From: an uncultured Alphaproteobacteria bacterium
GTDB lineage: Bacteria; Pseudomonadota; Alphaproteobacteria; JAJFIK01
DNA: 64,000 nt
Reading direction: 5' to 3'
Assembly: GCA_964612085.1 (NCBI GenBank)
Contig: CAZTCJ010000004.1
Location: forward strand, 19,067-83,066
Part shown: positions 1 through 8,296 of the stretch, one piece after another
Numbering within the stretch: position 1 is the stretch's first letter
Layout of the letters: each line of letters opens with the position of its first letter
The notes under the pieces: generated by a model
Told to the model about the DNA's origin: nothing
The model's database searches: none
The model's input: only the letters and a program-made list of their open reading frames with translations
Position numbers and translations under genes: made by a program

Positions 1-36
1 CACACATGTTTGGAAGGATGCGGACCGGCGGGGAGA

Positions 37-1170
37 TTATGAACGCGGCGCCATGACCCGCTCGAAACCTTTGGTCATGCGGGTAGGACTGAACGCCGTC
101 ACCCGTTTGCGCGCGGCCGCCGCCATGGCCTTGCGCCGGGCGGTATCGCGCAGAACCCGGTCGGCGGACTGCGCCCATTGGGCGGGGTCGGCGGAAGCGA
201 TCAGCACACCGCTTTCCGACCCGTTTTCGGCCACCAGCAATTCCCTGTTGAAAGGGGTGTCGCCCGCCAGGACGGGCACGCCCGTACTCATGGCCGCCAG
301 CAGACGCTGGATGCCGTCCATGCCGTCCTGCGCGCCGGGATGCACATAAAGATCGCTCGCCGCCAGGGTGGTTTTGAGATCGTCCGGGTCCAGCACACCG
401 AGCAGGCGCACGCGGCTGGTCAGCCTGCGGTCGCGGATCTGGCCTTCCATATGGTCCCGCGCGGGGCCGTCGCCGCTGACAAGCAGCAGGGTCTTGGGTA
501 AGGCGTCCAGCAGGTCCAGCAGGCTTTCCGCCCTCAGTTTATCCGTCAACGGATCGCTGACCAGAATCACGCGGCCATTGGCGGGCAGGCCCAGCGCTTT
601 GCGGGCGTCGCGCCGGGCCGGGGGAGAGCCTTCCGGTGTCTGGTAGGTGTAGACCACGTCCATGCGCTTGCGATAGCTGCGCGGGCGCATCTGAAATGAG
701 CCGTGCACCGCGTAGGACGACGCCACGACCTGGGTATAGATGCCCAGGCTGCCGAACAGCGCATCGGCCAGGCCCAGAAAAAAACCGGTCTTCGATGCCG
801 CCGTTCCGTGGCAGGCGACGCGATGGGGGATACCAGCGAAGAAAGCCGCGCCCTGGCCGATCGCATGGGCCTGCGGATCGAAGGAAATCACCGCCTCCGG
901 TTTGATCTCGCCCAGGAGCCCGCGAAAGGCCCCCCAGGCCCGAAACAGGCCGCCCACGCCCAGGCTCGGTTGCGGACAGAGCAGATGAGCGTCTTTCAAA
1001 GAGCCGGGAAGCTCCGCCGGGTCGCCCTTGAGCAGCACGGCCGTCACCCCGTGTCCGCGCGCGCGCAAGCCCTGGGCAAGCGCGGCCAAGGCGCCCGCCG
1101 GTCCGTCCAAGGCGCTGTCGCTCGCCAGCAGGATCAGGTTGAGACGCCCCGTCATCCCGTTTTCACTCAT
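37..1170 (-). CDS. glycosyltransferase, group 1 (GT4-like)
   Basis: 377-aa ORF with GT-B style layout. C-terminal half (SDLYVHPGAQDGMDGIQRLLAAMSTGVPVL...NRELL) resembles the donor-binding region of group-1 glycosyltransferases. Sits in a polysaccharide locus. Start could be 1170 or 1155. Confidence 0.8.
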   Translation of the reverse strand: MSENGMTGRLNLILLASDSALDGPAGALAALAQGLRARGHGVTAVLLKGDPAELPGSLKDAHLLCPQPSLGVGGLFRAWGAFRGLLGEIKPEAVISFDPQAHAIGQGAAFFAGIPHRVACHGTAASKTGFFLGLADALFGSLGIYTQVVASSYAVHGSFQMRPRSYRKRMDVVYTYQTPEGSPPARRDARKALGLPANGRVILVSDPLTDKLRAESLLDLLDALPKTLLLVSGDGPARDHMEGQIRDRRLTSRVRLLGVLDPDDLKTTLAASDLYVHPGAQDGMDGIQRLLAAMSTGVPVLAGDTPFNRELLVAENGSESGVLIASADPAQWAQSADRVLRDTARRKAMAAAARKRVTAFSPTRMTKGFERVMAPRS

Positions 1171-1492
1171 TTCTGAACTGGGTCATATCCGGCTTTAACG
1201 GATCCTGACCTGGGCCAATGCCATAGACTGGCATGAATTGGAACGGCCGCCATGGCGCACCGCTCCATGGAAACTCTATGCCAGGGCCATGCCGCAAAGC
1301 ACAAATTCACCGTTTAGAACGTTGACAGAGTGGTAATTTTGGGCAAGACCATCCATAGGGAGCGGTGGGTTTCATGTAACCTATGGGCTGTATGGTTCAT
1401 TTTGGCGGAAGTGAACCTGTATCGACGGCAGTTTAGACAGACGTGGGGTGTCCCGGCACATGGCCTCTATTATTGCAAACAACATGATCGGC

Positions 1493-2086
1493 ATGGCAAG
1501 AGCGTTTAAACGCACGATCGCCGTGTCTCTTCTGGCGGCGCTGCCCTTGGCAGCCTGCGGCACGACCGCGGATATATCGCAAAGCAGTGATCCGCTGCTG
1601 CGCAAATTCGCCGAGACCTCGATCGACGAATACCGGCTCGGCGCCAATGACCGGCTGAAAGTCACCGTGTTCGGCGAGCCGGATCTGTCCGGCGAATTTC
1701 AGGTGGATGCCGGCGGCCAGGTTTCGCTGCCGCTCATTGGCGAGGTGGCCGCCCAGGGCCTGACGCCGCGCCAGTTCGAGCGCGAGGTGGAAGAGAAATT
1801 CGCCAATGGCTATCTGCAGATGCCGCGTATCAGCGCCGAGATCATCAATTACAGGCCGTTTTATATCGGCGGTGAAGTGAACACGCCGGGCCAGTATCCC
1901 TTCGAGCCGGGTCTGACCATTCAGAAAGCGGTCGCGACGGCGGGCGGCTATACCTACCGGGCCAACCGCAGCCGCGTGGAAGTGGTCCGTAAGCAGATCA
2001 GCGACCGGGGCATCCGGGTGCCGGCCGATACGGCCGTGCTCGTCATGCCGGGCGACGTCATCACGGTGCCTGAACGGGTCTTCTGA
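1493..2086 (+). CDS. polysaccharide export lipoprotein (Wza/GumB/ExoF-like; Poly_export + SLBB)
   Basis: Lipobox LPLAAC after MARAFKRTIAVSLLAA. The stretch NDRLKVTVFGEPDLSGEFQVDAGGQVSLPLIGEV...GLTPRQFEREVE...PFYIGGEVNTPGQYPFEPGLTIQKAVATAGG is the classic Poly_export/SLBB signature. The ORF opens at 1448 (GTG); the ATG at 1484 or 1493 is more likely. Confidence 0.85.
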   Translation: MARAFKRTIAVSLLAALPLAACGTTADISQSSDPLLRKFAETSIDEYRLGANDRLKVTVFGEPDLSGEFQVDAGGQVSLPLIGEVAAQGLTPRQFEREVEEKFANGYLQMPRISAEIINYRPFYIGGEVNTPGQYPFEPGLTIQKAVATAGGYTYRANRSRVEVVRKQISDRGIRVPADTAVLVMPGDVITVPERVF

Positions 2087-2100
2087 TCGATCGATCGATC
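2085..2100. repeat. (GATC)4 tetranucleotide microsatellite overlapping the stop codon of the export gene
   Basis: Direct read: tGATCGATCGATCGATCg. The TGA stop at 2084-2086 shares its GA with the first unit. Confidence 0.95.
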
Positions 2101-2101
2101 G

Positions 2102-2142
2102 GGCGCGCCGTCCGACGGGGGCAAGCGACAGGCGCGCCTTTT
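2102..2142 (+). terminator. candidate intrinsic terminator of the export gene
   Basis: GGCGCGCCGTC...GACaGGCGCGCC followed by TTTT. The two self-complementary GGCGCGCC octamers can pair. The loop is large, so confidence is moderate to low. Confidence 0.4.
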
Positions 2143-2516
2143 GCCATGCGTTTCAGCAATGGGTCTTGCGGGACCGGGCGCTGGCATGACCGGGTTAACT
2201 CCTTGAGCCAAATTGACGCCTCGGCGGAATCGGGATTGCATCCGAGGGATCCAGAGCGCCATGGCGTGTCCCGCTCGTCTCTTTCGGGTTAGGACCGCAA
2301 AAAATGGCGCGCCATGTCACGTAAGTTGAATAAGAATCCGTCCACCGACGTGGCATGATAGAGTGGTCCCCTGGCGAAATGATCGGGTTGAGGGACCGTC
2401 CGGTGGGGTGTTCGTCGAAGGGAACTACCGGATGACGGAGTGCCGGAGGCCTTTGTAACTGGCCAAACGCGTGCCGTGTCCATTACCGTCTTGAGGTCGC
2501 GAGAAGCGGGGTCGCT

Positions 2517-3935
2517 ATGACAAGGACTATCCATCGGTTTCTAACGGCAGCCGTCGTGGCCGCCGGTACGGCTGGCATTCTGGGCACGCCCCAGCACGCC
2601 GCCGCCCAACAGTATTACGGTGAGGACGCCACGCGCAGCCAGTTGCTGCGCCAGCCTTTGAGCCGCGAGGGCGTGCTTTACCGCTGGCGCCCGGAATACG
2701 CGCCGCTCGGCATCCGGATGCGCTCTTTCATGCTCTATCCGTCGCTGGAGACCGGCGTCGGCTATGATGACAACGTCTTTGAGGACGAGGTCGTACGCGA
2801 AGGAGATGGGTTCTTTCACGTCACGCCGCGCGCGCGCCTCGTGTCCGACTGGTCGCGCCATGCGCTGGCCGTCGATGTGCGCAGCCGCAGCGAATTCTTC
2901 TTCGACCTGAGCGAAAACAACACCACCGATGTGGGCAGCCTGATTTCCGGGCGGCTCGATATCGGCGGCCAATCGGCGCTCCGGGTGTTCGGCAATTTCG
3001 ACAAGCTCAACGAGGACCGGGGCGAGCCGGATACGATTTTCGCCGCCGTGGAACCCACACCCTATCTGCGCTATGGCGGCGGCGCGCGGATCGACAGCCG
3101 CCTGAACCGCCTGACCTACGGCGTCGGCCTGCAATACGAGCGGTTCGATTATGACTCCGTCGATGTCTTGGACAGCGATCTCGACGATGCCGGAACGATC
3201 GACACCGACCTGGACGGCGATCCGCTGTTCGACGAGACCTTCGACAACGACGACCGCGATTTCGATATCGTGACGGCGGTGGCCGAAGTCGGTTTCGATT
3301 TTTCGCCGGGCTATCTGGCCTTCGTGCGCGGTTCGGCCAACCGGCGGGAATTCGATCTGGAAGAGGATCGGAACTTGGTTGACCGGAATGGCGACGGCGA
3401 TGTGACCGACGCGGTGGACTCCGGTCTCGACCGGGACTCCCAGGGCTGGGAAGTTACCGCCGGCATGCGCTTCGAGCTGACCAATCTGCTCGCAGGCGAG
3501 GTCTCCGCCGGTTATCTGCAGCAGAATTTCGATGACGATCCGGCCCTGGACGATGTTTCGGGCATTGCCTTGGAAGCCAATCTGGAATGGTATCCGTCGC
3601 CGCTCCTGACCGCCCAGTTCCGGATACGCCGGAACGTCACCGATACCATCGTGGCCGGTGCTTCGGGCCGGTTCGATACGCGCCTCGGCGCCGGTCTCGA
3701 TTACGAGTTCCGCCGCAACATCATCCTGTCGGGTGACGTGGATTACCTGAACAGTAACTTCGAGGGCGCGGACCGGACCGATAACGTAATTTCGGCTACC
3801 TTCGCCGGACAGTATCTGATCAACCGCCGTTTGCGCGCCGTGGCCCGGTATCGGATCACCAACCGGAAATCGGACTTCCCCGGCGAGGATTATCTGCAGA
3901 ACGTGGTGTCGCTCAATCTGCGCATGCAGATCTGA
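2517..3935 (+). CDS. outer-membrane beta-barrel protein (polysaccharide-locus associated, BBP2-like)
   Basis: Signal peptide ending AAAQ. Alternating-residue beta-strand pattern with aromatic C-terminal strand (...VVSLNLRMQI), and a YxxxxxF/Y-rich barrel. Position next to the Wza-like gene. Confidence 0.7.
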   Translation: MTRTIHRFLTAAVVAAGTAGILGTPQHAAAQQYYGEDATRSQLLRQPLSREGVLYRWRPEYAPLGIRMRSFMLYPSLETGVGYDDNVFEDEVVREGDGFFHVTPRARLVSDWSRHALAVDVRSRSEFFFDLSENNTTDVGSLISGRLDIGGQSALRVFGNFDKLNEDRGEPDTIFAAVEPTPYLRYGGGARIDSRLNRLTYGVGLQYERFDYDSVDVLDSDLDDAGTIDTDLDGDPLFDETFDNDDRDFDIVTAVAEVGFDFSPGYLAFVRGSANRREFDLEEDRNLVDRNGDGDVTDAVDSGLDRDSQGWEVTAGMRFELTNLLAGEVSAGYLQQNFDDDPALDDVSGIALEANLEWYPSPLLTAQFRIRRNVTDTIVAGASGRFDTRLGAGLDYEFRRNIILSGDVDYLNSNFEGADRTDNVISATFAGQYLINRRLRAVARYRITNRKSDFPGEDYLQNVVSLNLRMQI

Positions 3936-3965
3936 CCGCGACGCTCAGCAGCCGGACAGACAAAG

Positions 3966-3991
3966 CGGGGCCTTTCGGGCCCCGTTTTTTT
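3966..3991. terminator. bidirectional intrinsic terminator between convergent genes
   Basis: CGGGGCC-tttc-GGCCCCG stem-loop followed by TTTTTTT (A-run on the other strand is weaker). Confidence 0.75.
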
Positions 3992-3994
3992 GGG

Positions 3995-4330
3995 TCAAGC
4001 GGATGCGTAATCTTCTGCTTGCGTCCGGGGGCGGACAGTAACGCCGACTTCCAGGGTTTCATCGAGCGCCGTCAGCATGCGCGTGAGCCTGTCCACCGTA
4101 AATCGCTTGAGATCGGCATTCCGGATCCGGCTGTAATCCGCAGCGGCGAAACCGGTCAGCTTGCCCGCGCGAGTGACAGTCAGCTTCTTGTCATCCAGGA
4201 CACCGATGATCCGGGCGGCCAGGACTGCCTTCATTTGCAGAACATCGGCATCCCTATCGCCGAAATCGCGATAGACATTGCCGCTGCCGCGCACATAGTC
4301 GAATTCGTCCTCGTCGCAATCTTTGCTCAT
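3995..4330 (-). CDS. XRE-family HTH antitoxin (HigA-like)
   Basis: Starts MSKDCDEDEFDYVRGSGNVYRDFG...LQMKAVLAARIIGVL...LTVTRAGKLTGFAAADYSRIRN, the typical HTH antitoxin partnered with Gp49/HigB-like toxins. Its ATG overlaps the toxin stop (ATGA at 4327-4330). Confidence 0.8.
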   Translation of the reverse strand: MSKDCDEDEFDYVRGSGNVYRDFGDRDADVLQMKAVLAARIIGVLDDKKLTVTRAGKLTGFAAADYSRIRNADLKRFTVDRLTRMLTALDETLEVGVTVRPRTQAEDYASA

Positions 4331-4671
4331 GACAGGTCCGTTTTCAGCCGTTTCAACCGTTCCCGGATCACATCGATATCTTTCTTGGCCGTCTTGATGC
4401 CCGATGGAGATTTTTTCTGAAAAGCATGGATGACCCAAAGCGTATCACCGATTTCGGCGACGTAAACTGTGCGGTAGGCATTCCCGGCATGGCGTAAGGC
4501 AATCTCGAAAACGCCAGGACCCAACCCTTTCATGGATTTTGCGATATCGGCTTTCCGGCCTTCGGCCGCGATCGTCAGAGCCGCGCGTATTTGTATCTGG
4601 GCTTCTTTGGGAAACTTCGAAAACGTCTTTCTCGCCGCTTTAATCCATGCGATTTCGGGTGAAATTAGCAT
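4327..4671 (-). CDS. RelE/ParE-superfamily toxin, phage Gp49-like (HigB-like)
   Basis: 114 aa. The stretch ...FSKFPKEAQIQIRAAL...GPGVFEIALRHAGNAYRTVYVAEIGDTLWVIHAFQKKSPSGIKTAKKDIDVIRERLKRL matches the Gp49-like/DUF891 toxin pattern. Toxin-first order, as in higBA. Confidence 0.8.
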   Translation of the reverse strand: MLISPEIAWIKAARKTFSKFPKEAQIQIRAALTIAAEGRKADIAKSMKGLGPGVFEIALRHAGNAYRTVYVAEIGDTLWVIHAFQKKSPSGIKTAKKDIDVIRERLKRLKTDLS

Positions 4672-4685
4672 CGGAAGAAGGCCAT

Positions 4686-4715
4686 GTCAAATTTGACAAG
4701 GTCAATTCAATTGAC
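4686..4715. promoter_or_regulatory. two adjacent perfect palindromes (candidate TA operator sites)
   Basis: GTCAAATTTGAC (4686-4697, perfect 12-bp palindrome) and GTCAATTcAATTGAC (4701-4715, perfect 7-bp arms). Both lie in the 50-bp gap just upstream of the toxin start and share GTCAA..TTGAC half-sites. Confidence 0.6.
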
Positions 4716-4721
4716 TGCCCA

Positions 4722-5714
4722 TCAGACCGCCGAGCGGGCGCTTTGGGGGCCGTGATACTCCCGGTACCATTCGACGAAGCGGGGCAGGCCTTCCTCGATG
4801 GTGATTTTCGGCTCATAGCCCAGATCGATACGGCTTTGGTCGATATCCGCGAAAGTGTGGCGCATTTCGGTCTTCTGCATGGGCTCCAGGATGATCTGCG
4901 CCTTTTTGCACAGCGTCGCTTCCAGCACACGGATCAAATCCATCACCTTGACCGGACGGCTGTTGCCCAGATTGTAGACCTTATAGCGCGACGGGCCTTC
5001 CGGCGGCCGGGCGAGGGCGCGCAGAATGCCGTCAACAATGTCGTCCACATAAGTGAAATCCCGCCACATCTCGCCCTTGTTGAAGACATGGATCGGACGG
5101 TTCCAGGTGATGGCGTCGGCAAAGCTGTAGACCGCCATGTCCGGCCGGCCCCATGGTCCGTACACGGTGAAAAGCCGTAAGCCGGTCATGGGCAGATCGA
5201 ACAGATTGGTATAGGCGTGGGCGATCAGTTCGTCCGCCCGCTTCGTCGCGCCGTAAAGCGAGGTCGGCGTATCGGCCCGGTCGTCGAGGGAGAATTTCTC
5301 CTGCGCGCTGTTGCCGTAGACGGAGGATGAGCTGGCGAAGACCAGATGATCGAGGTTTTTCAGCCGCCGCCCCAGCTCCAGCATCACCACATGGCCCATG
5401 ACATTGGAATGGACGTAGGAATACGGATTGTCGATGGAATGGCGCACGCCCGGCTGACCGGCCAGATGCACGATGCGGGTTATGTCCGGAAACGCTTCGG
5501 CCAGTTTCATGACCGCATCGCTGTCGGCGATGTCCAGGCGGCGGAAGGCAAACCCCTCGCGCCCTTCAAGCTCGCGCAGGCGTGCCTTCTTGAGCCCCGG
5601 ATCGTAATAGGCGTTGATATTGTCGATGCCGAGAACGGCTTCGCCCTGCGCCAGCAGACGGGCGGCCGTGTGAAAGCCGATGAACCCTGCAACACCCGTC
5701 ACGAGAACTGTCAT
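4722..5714 (-). CDS. NAD-dependent epimerase/dehydratase, UDP-glucuronate 4-epimerase-like
   Basis: N-terminal VLVTGVAGFIGFH Rossmann motif, YxxxK (YGATKRADE). Overall similarity to CapI/LpsL-type UDP-GlcA 4-epimerases (DNINAYYDPGLKKARL). Confidence 0.85.
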   Translation of the reverse strand: MTVLVTGVAGFIGFHTAARLLAQGEAVLGIDNINAYYDPGLKKARLRELEGREGFAFRRLDIADSDAVMKLAEAFPDITRIVHLAGQPGVRHSIDNPYSYVHSNVMGHVVMLELGRRLKNLDHLVFASSSSVYGNSAQEKFSLDDRADTPTSLYGATKRADELIAHAYTNLFDLPMTGLRLFTVYGPWGRPDMAVYSFADAITWNRPIHVFNKGEMWRDFTYVDDIVDGILRALARPPEGPSRYKVYNLGNSRPVKVMDLIRVLEATLCKKAQIILEPMQKTEMRHTFADIDQSRIDLGYEPKITIEEGLPRFVEWYREYHGPQSARSAV

Positions 5715-6011
5715 CTACCTGCCAAATCCTTCATCTGGGCCTTCGTCTGGGTATGGGCGCGCCATACCGGGTCCGGATCGGGCCGGCCAGGGACGAATGC
5801 GGGGGTGCTTGTTGACGGATCGGATGCGCACGAGGCGCTTGCCACGCGTTCGGATCCATCCGCACCCCGTTCGTTCTTCAGGATTTCATCCATCAACGCA
5901 TCCGGCTATGTGTAAGCGATCACATCCGTCGTTTCCAGTCCGCAAGCATAGCCGGAGCCGGTGAATTTATCGTCACCGCACGTGATTATCCTGAAAATTC
6001 AAATGAGTAGC

Positions 6012-6791
6012 CTATGAGCGCCGCTTCTGGGTCGACAGGAAGCGGCGGCCGGTGCCTTCGAGAACGACGCAGGTGAGCCGGCCCGTGGCATAGGCCCCCG
6101 TATCGACGCCGATTCGCCAGCGCCCGATCACCGGCTGCTCCCTCGGCGTATGGCCATGGATGATGATCTTGCCGGGCGCCCAATCGGAGGACAGAAACTC
6201 CTCGCGGATCCACAACAGATCGTCTTGAACCTGGTCTTCGAGCGCCACCCCGGGGCGCACGCCCGCATGGACGAAGAAGTAATCGCCGAAGGTCAGGGTC
6301 AGGTTGAGCCCTTCCAGAAACGCCATATGCGTCTCCGGCAAGGCCATTTCCAATCCAGAACGGGTGTTTTCCAGCGCTTCGGCCGACTGGCGGGGCATGG
6401 GCGGGGCCACCCCATAGCTTTCCAGCGTTTCCACGCCGCCGAAATCGAGCCACGCTTCCTGACCGAACGGGTCGTCCAGGAAATTGAGCATGGCTTCCTC
6501 GTGATTGCCCTTGAGGAAATGCACATGCTCGAAATGGTCCGGCAGCACGCTCAGAATATCGAGCGTTTCCTTCGACTGGGGCCCCCGGTCCACATAGTCG
6601 CCGAGGAAGATCACACGGCACAACGCGCCGTCGGCGCGGGCCATGTCCTTGCGGATGCCGTTGAGCAATCGGCGCAGCAAATCCGCGCGGCCATGGACAT
6701 CGCCAATGGCATAGATGCGCTCGCCGGGAGGAGCGGAGGGTTCCGTCTCCTTCTCGGATTTCAGCATTTGATTGAAAAACGACCACACCAT
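6012..6791 (-). CDS. metallophosphoesterase, PPP-family Ser/Thr phosphatase (PrpA/ApaH-like)
   Basis: GDVHGR ... GDYVDRGP ... GNHE ... GHT motifs in canonical order. Confidence 0.85.
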   Translation of the reverse strand: MVWSFFNQMLKSEKETEPSAPPGERIYAIGDVHGRADLLRRLLNGIRKDMARADGALCRVIFLGDYVDRGPQSKETLDILSVLPDHFEHVHFLKGNHEEAMLNFLDDPFGQEAWLDFGGVETLESYGVAPPMPRQSAEALENTRSGLEMALPETHMAFLEGLNLTLTFGDYFFVHAGVRPGVALEDQVQDDLLWIREEFLSSDWAPGKIIIHGHTPREQPVIGRWRIGVDTGAYATGRLTCVVLEGTGRRFLSTQKRRS

Positions 6792-6907
6792 ACCGGACCG
6801 CCAGCTTTGACTCTCAAACTTCTATTACGTTTATGGTTATGTTTACGGTCGCGTAAAAGCCTAAACCTATAATGGGAACGGGTGGATACTGCAGGCAAGG
6901 GGGTAAA

Positions 6908-6936
6908 AGAACAGATCCGGGGTGGATATCTGTTCT
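6908..6936. promoter_or_regulatory. 9-bp perfect-stem hairpin in a divergent promoter region
   Basis: AGAACAGAT-(11 nt)-ATCTGTTCT, between the divergent starts at 6791 and 6971. Confidence 0.3.
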
Positions 6937-6970
6937 CAGTTTGGACCTATAGGACCGTCGGGGGGTTCCA

Positions 6971-8296
6971 ATGGGTGGGGCGACATGGGTTGACGGGGCG
7001 CGCGCTGCCTGTGCGGCGCTGATGCTGGTGTGCGGTTTAAGCGCATGCGCGACGTCTTATCCTGAAGGATTTGTGGACCGGAGGCTTGTGCTTGCGTCAG
7101 CCGCGCAAGCGCAGGATGCCATCCTTCTGGTCTGGAGCCATGGCAGCGAGAATGAACGAGACGCCGACCGGTGCCCGGCGGTGCCTGATGGGCTGCGCGC
7201 TTTGGACGGCGCCAGGATCGAGGGCCGCACGGTTCGTGTGTACCGGACCTGCCATGAAGATGTGCGCTCCACGGTGAATTTCGCAAAGCGCAAGGGCGAG
7301 CGGAAACTGGACCGGCGGGTGGTCCGGCTCGAAGCGCTGCTCGAACGGTTTCGCGCGCAAGGGCTGCGCAAGGATCAGATCGTCCTGGCGGGCCAGTCCT
7401 GCGGCGCCTGGGCGGGTCTCGTGCTGGCGGCGCGGCGGCCCGATCTGGTCGGCCGCCAGATCGCCTTCGCGCCCGCCTGCCACGGGGCGCTTTTGCAGAA
7501 CCTCCATTGCGCCGGTGCCGGCCATCCGGTCTGTACCGGGATCATCCATGACCGTAGACGCCAGGTGGCGCTGGTGGGCGGGGCCGAGCGGCTCGATGCG
7601 CTGATCTACGGTTTTGCCGACGACCGCTTCGCACCGGCGGGCGCGCTCGATTTTCTGGACCGGGTGCCGGGCGTCGAACGGATCGATCTGTCTGCTGAAG
7701 GCCACGGCTTTAATCATTTCGCCGTCTGGTCGGAGGATTTTCACGACGCCGAACGCGGCCGCATCGAACGGTTTATCGGCAAAGCAAGTCCGCCGCGCCT
7801 TGCTGCCGGACCGTCAGATAGGGCCCTAAGCCGCGCCGACCCGCAGCAGATCGTGCAGATGGACGATGCCCGTGGGCTTGCCGTTCTCGACCACGAACAG
7901 GGTGGTGATCTTGGAGGCGTTCATGAGGCTGACGGCCTCGGCGGTCAGCATGTCCGGCGCCACGGTCTTGGGCCCGTGGGTCATGATCGAGCCCGCCGTG
8001 CGGTCCATCAGGTCCGCGCCCATATGGCGGCGCAGATCGCCATCGGTGATGATGCCCACCAATCGTCCGTCATCGTCCTGAATGCCGACGCAGCCGAAGC
8101 GCTTGGCCGACATGGTGACCAGCACTTCCGACATCAGCGTATCCATGTGGGCGAGCGGCACCGCGTCCGCCCCATGGGTCAGAGCGCTGATCGGCATCAG
8201 TTGCGCGCCCAGCTTGCCGCCGGGATGGAAGCGCTTGAAGTCGTGGGCGGAGAAATTACGTTTCTTCAGCAGCGCCACAGCGAGCGCGTCCCCTAA
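6971..8296 (+). CDS. lipoprotein with alpha/beta-hydrolase-like core; the ORF has no stop until it has run 470 nt antisense through kpsF
   Basis: Lipobox VCGLSAC and a GQSCGAW nucleophile-elbow-like motif. The protein-like sequence ends near ...ERGRIERFIGK (about nt 7780). The rest (to 8296) is read-through antisense to kpsF. Confidence 0.5.
   Translation: MGGATWVDGARAACAALMLVCGLSACATSYPEGFVDRRLVLASAAQAQDAILLVWSHGSENERDADRCPAVPDGLRALDGARIEGRTVRVYRTCHEDVRSTVNFAKRKGERKLDRRVVRLEALLERFRAQGLRKDQIVLAGQSCGAWAGLVLAARRPDLVGRQIAFAPACHGALLQNLHCAGAGHPVCTGIIHDRRRQVALVGGAERLDALIYGFADDRFAPAGALDFLDRVPGVERIDLSAEGHGFNHFAVWSEDFHDAERGRIERFIGKASPPRLAAGPSDRALSRADPQQIVQMDDARGLAVLDHEQGGDLGGVHEADGLGGQHVRRHGLGPVGHDRARRAVHQVRAHMAAQIAIGDDAHQSSVIVLNADAAEALGRHGDQHFRHQRIHVGERHRVRPMGQSADRHQLRAQLAAGMEALEVVGGEITFLQQRHSERVP

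Noticed and set aside
5711-5896. 61-aa minus-strand ORF whose stop overlaps the epimerase ATG (ATGA), suggesting a coupled upstream gene.
   Set aside because: The sequence is low-complexity (Ser/Pro/Asp/Ala). Third-position G+C is only about 60%, against much higher values in neighbouring genes, and there is no recognisable motif or RBS. I cannot support it as a gene, though a regulatory uORF is not excluded.
5986-6786. 266-aa ORF in an alternative frame on the same strand as the phosphatase gene.
   Set aside because: The overlapping 259-aa frame carries the complete GDVHG/GDYVDRG/GNHE metallophosphatase motif set. The alternative frame is Arg/Pro/Gly-rich.
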